Source: an uncultured Spirochaetota bacterium
GTDB lineage: Bacteria > Spirochaetota > Spirochaetia > SZUA-6 > Fen-1364
NCBI GenBank assembly: GCA_963745235.1
Contig: CAVUXE010000099.1
Location: forward strand, 96,001-160,000
Reading direction: 5' to 3'
DNA length: 64,000 nt
Positions within the stretch are counted from its first letter, which is position 1, and every line of letters starts with the position of its first letter. Below are positions 62,727-64,000 of the stretch, in pieces. Under the pieces are notes generated by a model, which was not told the DNA's origin, did no database searches, and saw nothing but the letters and a program-made list of their open reading frames with translations. Position numbers and translations under genes: made by a program.

Positions 62727-63141
62727 TCAGCTGATGTGCAGCCGCTTGCCTATCTCTTCGGCCTCTACCGTGGAGCGAAGGACGTCGGAGCTCTTGAGGA
62801 ACATCCCCTCACCTTCCATGCTGCGCATCAGGTTGGTGAGCGACTTGGCTGTTCCAAAAGTGGACCTGCACACGAAGGCATAACTCTTTTTTCCCGAGAC
62901 CACTCCGGAGCCTGCAAGGAAAGCCCGCACCGAATCCGGCACCTTTCCCTGAGAACGAGCCGGAAGGCTCCATCCCGATGACGATGTACTGGTAGATGGT
63001 GAGCTTCACATTGGTGTCCCGCCCGCCGTCGAAGACATCCACCTGGTTCCCCTGCTTCCCGATCCCCCGCGCGAGGCCGTTCGCCAGGTCCCTGATTTTT
63101 TCACGATTCCTGCCAGAGAAGAAGACTACCGCCACTCTCAT
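62727..63141 (-). CDS. Flavodoxin-like fold protein, indel near 62947
   Basis: MRVAVVFFS..LANGLARGI..GNQVDVF..YQYIVIG, then VPDSVRAFL..GKKSYAF..EEIGKRL; no canonical TGNT FMN loop. Confidence 0.7.
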
Positions 63142-63895
63142 TGTTCGTTTTCCCTTCCCGTTTTGGTTCACTGAAAAGAGCACGCAGGATCATGCGGGCG
63201 CGGCTCACGCAGAAATACGCGGTGAGCTGGGCCGCCGCGCTGCCGGAGAACCCGGCCGAGGAAAGGCCCTGCTTCTCTTCCGTGTCCGGAGCATCATTCT
63301 CAAGCGCGTTGCCTCCCCCTTCGAGGAGCGCCTTGACCTCGTTCTTTTCCAGGAGGACGCGCGCATAGCGGACCCTGCCCTTCCTGCTCTTTGCCACCGT
63401 CAGCTCGAGGAACCTGTCGTCCCGCGCCCGGAAGACCGGGATCTTCTCATGGACAACCATGTTCCTGATCCAGCGGATCTCGTGGGCCAGGAGGAGAGTC
63501 CTTCCCTCGGTGATGATTCCCTCTGCCCTGGCCAGGTCCAGCATGTCGACCAGCTCCAGCTCCAGGAGATCCGCTTTTGTCTGCAGCCATCTCTTGTCCC
63601 CGCCCCGCGTGAACGGCAGCGGTCCCTTGCGCGCCAGCCACCCCCCGAGCCGATGGATCAGCGCCTGCTCCAGCACCGTGCCTGCAAGAATGCAGGCGCT
63701 TTCCGAGAACCCGAAGTAGTAGGTCTGGTGCATCTGCGCCAGGAGGAACTTCACCCGCCCGCTGCCCGGCCCGTCGCCGACATGGATCCTCTGGTAGTTG
63801 AGATGCTCGCGGCGGACGGCCGCTTCGCACAGCCTCTTTTCCCCGTAGCGCTGCCGGAGCGTCGCAAGATGCTTCTCTGTACACCCCCCGAGCAT
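63101..63895 (-). CDS. DUF4145/HEPN-like domain protein
   Basis: SACILAGTVLEQAL, LVDMLDLARAEGII and AHEIRWIRNMVVH (RxxxxH). ATG 63895 preferred. Confidence 0.55.
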   Translation of the reverse strand: MLGGCTEKHLATLRQRYGEKRLCEAAVRREHLNYQRIHVGDGPGSGRVKFLLAQMHQTYYFGFSESACILAGTVLEQALIHRLGGWLARKGPLPFTRGGDKRWLQTKADLLELELVDMLDLARAEGIITEGRTLLLAHEIRWIRNMVVHEKIPVFRARDDRFLELTVAKSRKGRVRYARVLLEKNEVKALLEGGGNALENDAPDTEEKQGLSSAGFSGSAAAQLTAYFCVSRARMILRALFSEPKREGKTNNESGGSLLLWQES

Positions 63896-63923
63896 TCCTG
63901 TACTATAGGTTTTCCTGAAAACC

Positions 63924-64000
63924 ATGGTCAAGACAAGAGTTCTCATCCTGGTCGGATTTCTCGTCATGCTCGCCGGCTGCGGCTTCATGAGCCGCACGGA
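63924..64000 (+). CDS. Lipoprotein N-terminus, 3'-truncated by window edge
   Basis: MVKTRVLILVGFLVMLAGC lipobox; not listed in the ORF track. Confidence 0.6.
   Translation, partial: MVKTRVLILVGFLVMLAGCGFMSRT

Overview
Core-chromosome segment of a GC-rich Spirochaetia bacterium. The assignment rests on CfpA, the ~900-aa GreA, and TP0733-like, TP0750-like and pallilysin (TP0751)-like proteins. About 60 CDS: housekeeping genes (greA, rpe, dtd, mutY, prs, recA, folK, scpA/B, rluB, cmk, rpsA, uppP, guaA, purB, nrnA, map, nusB, SurA-type PPIase), signalling genes (GAF sigma54 activator, CHASE2 adenylate cyclase, MCP), many TPR proteins and surface lipoproteins/OMPs, and two cytoskeletal genes (cfpA, bactofilin). 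No rRNA, tRNA, CRISPR array, integrase or transposase was seen. About 17 genes are broken by single-base indels that look like long-read assembly errors. The main candidate for an undescribed system is the minus-strand operon at 39967-45832. It runs cfpA (cytoplasmic filament), then a 'hypothetical' protein whose C-terminal domain looks like an HPr phosphocarrier with the His15-equivalent intact, then a PPDK-like enzyme that has lost its ATP/Pi-site residues but keeps the phospho-His and PEP sites. Together these suggest a dedicated PTS-like PEP phosphorelay linked to the cytoskeletal filament. All family calls are by motif recognition and recall; no searches were run.
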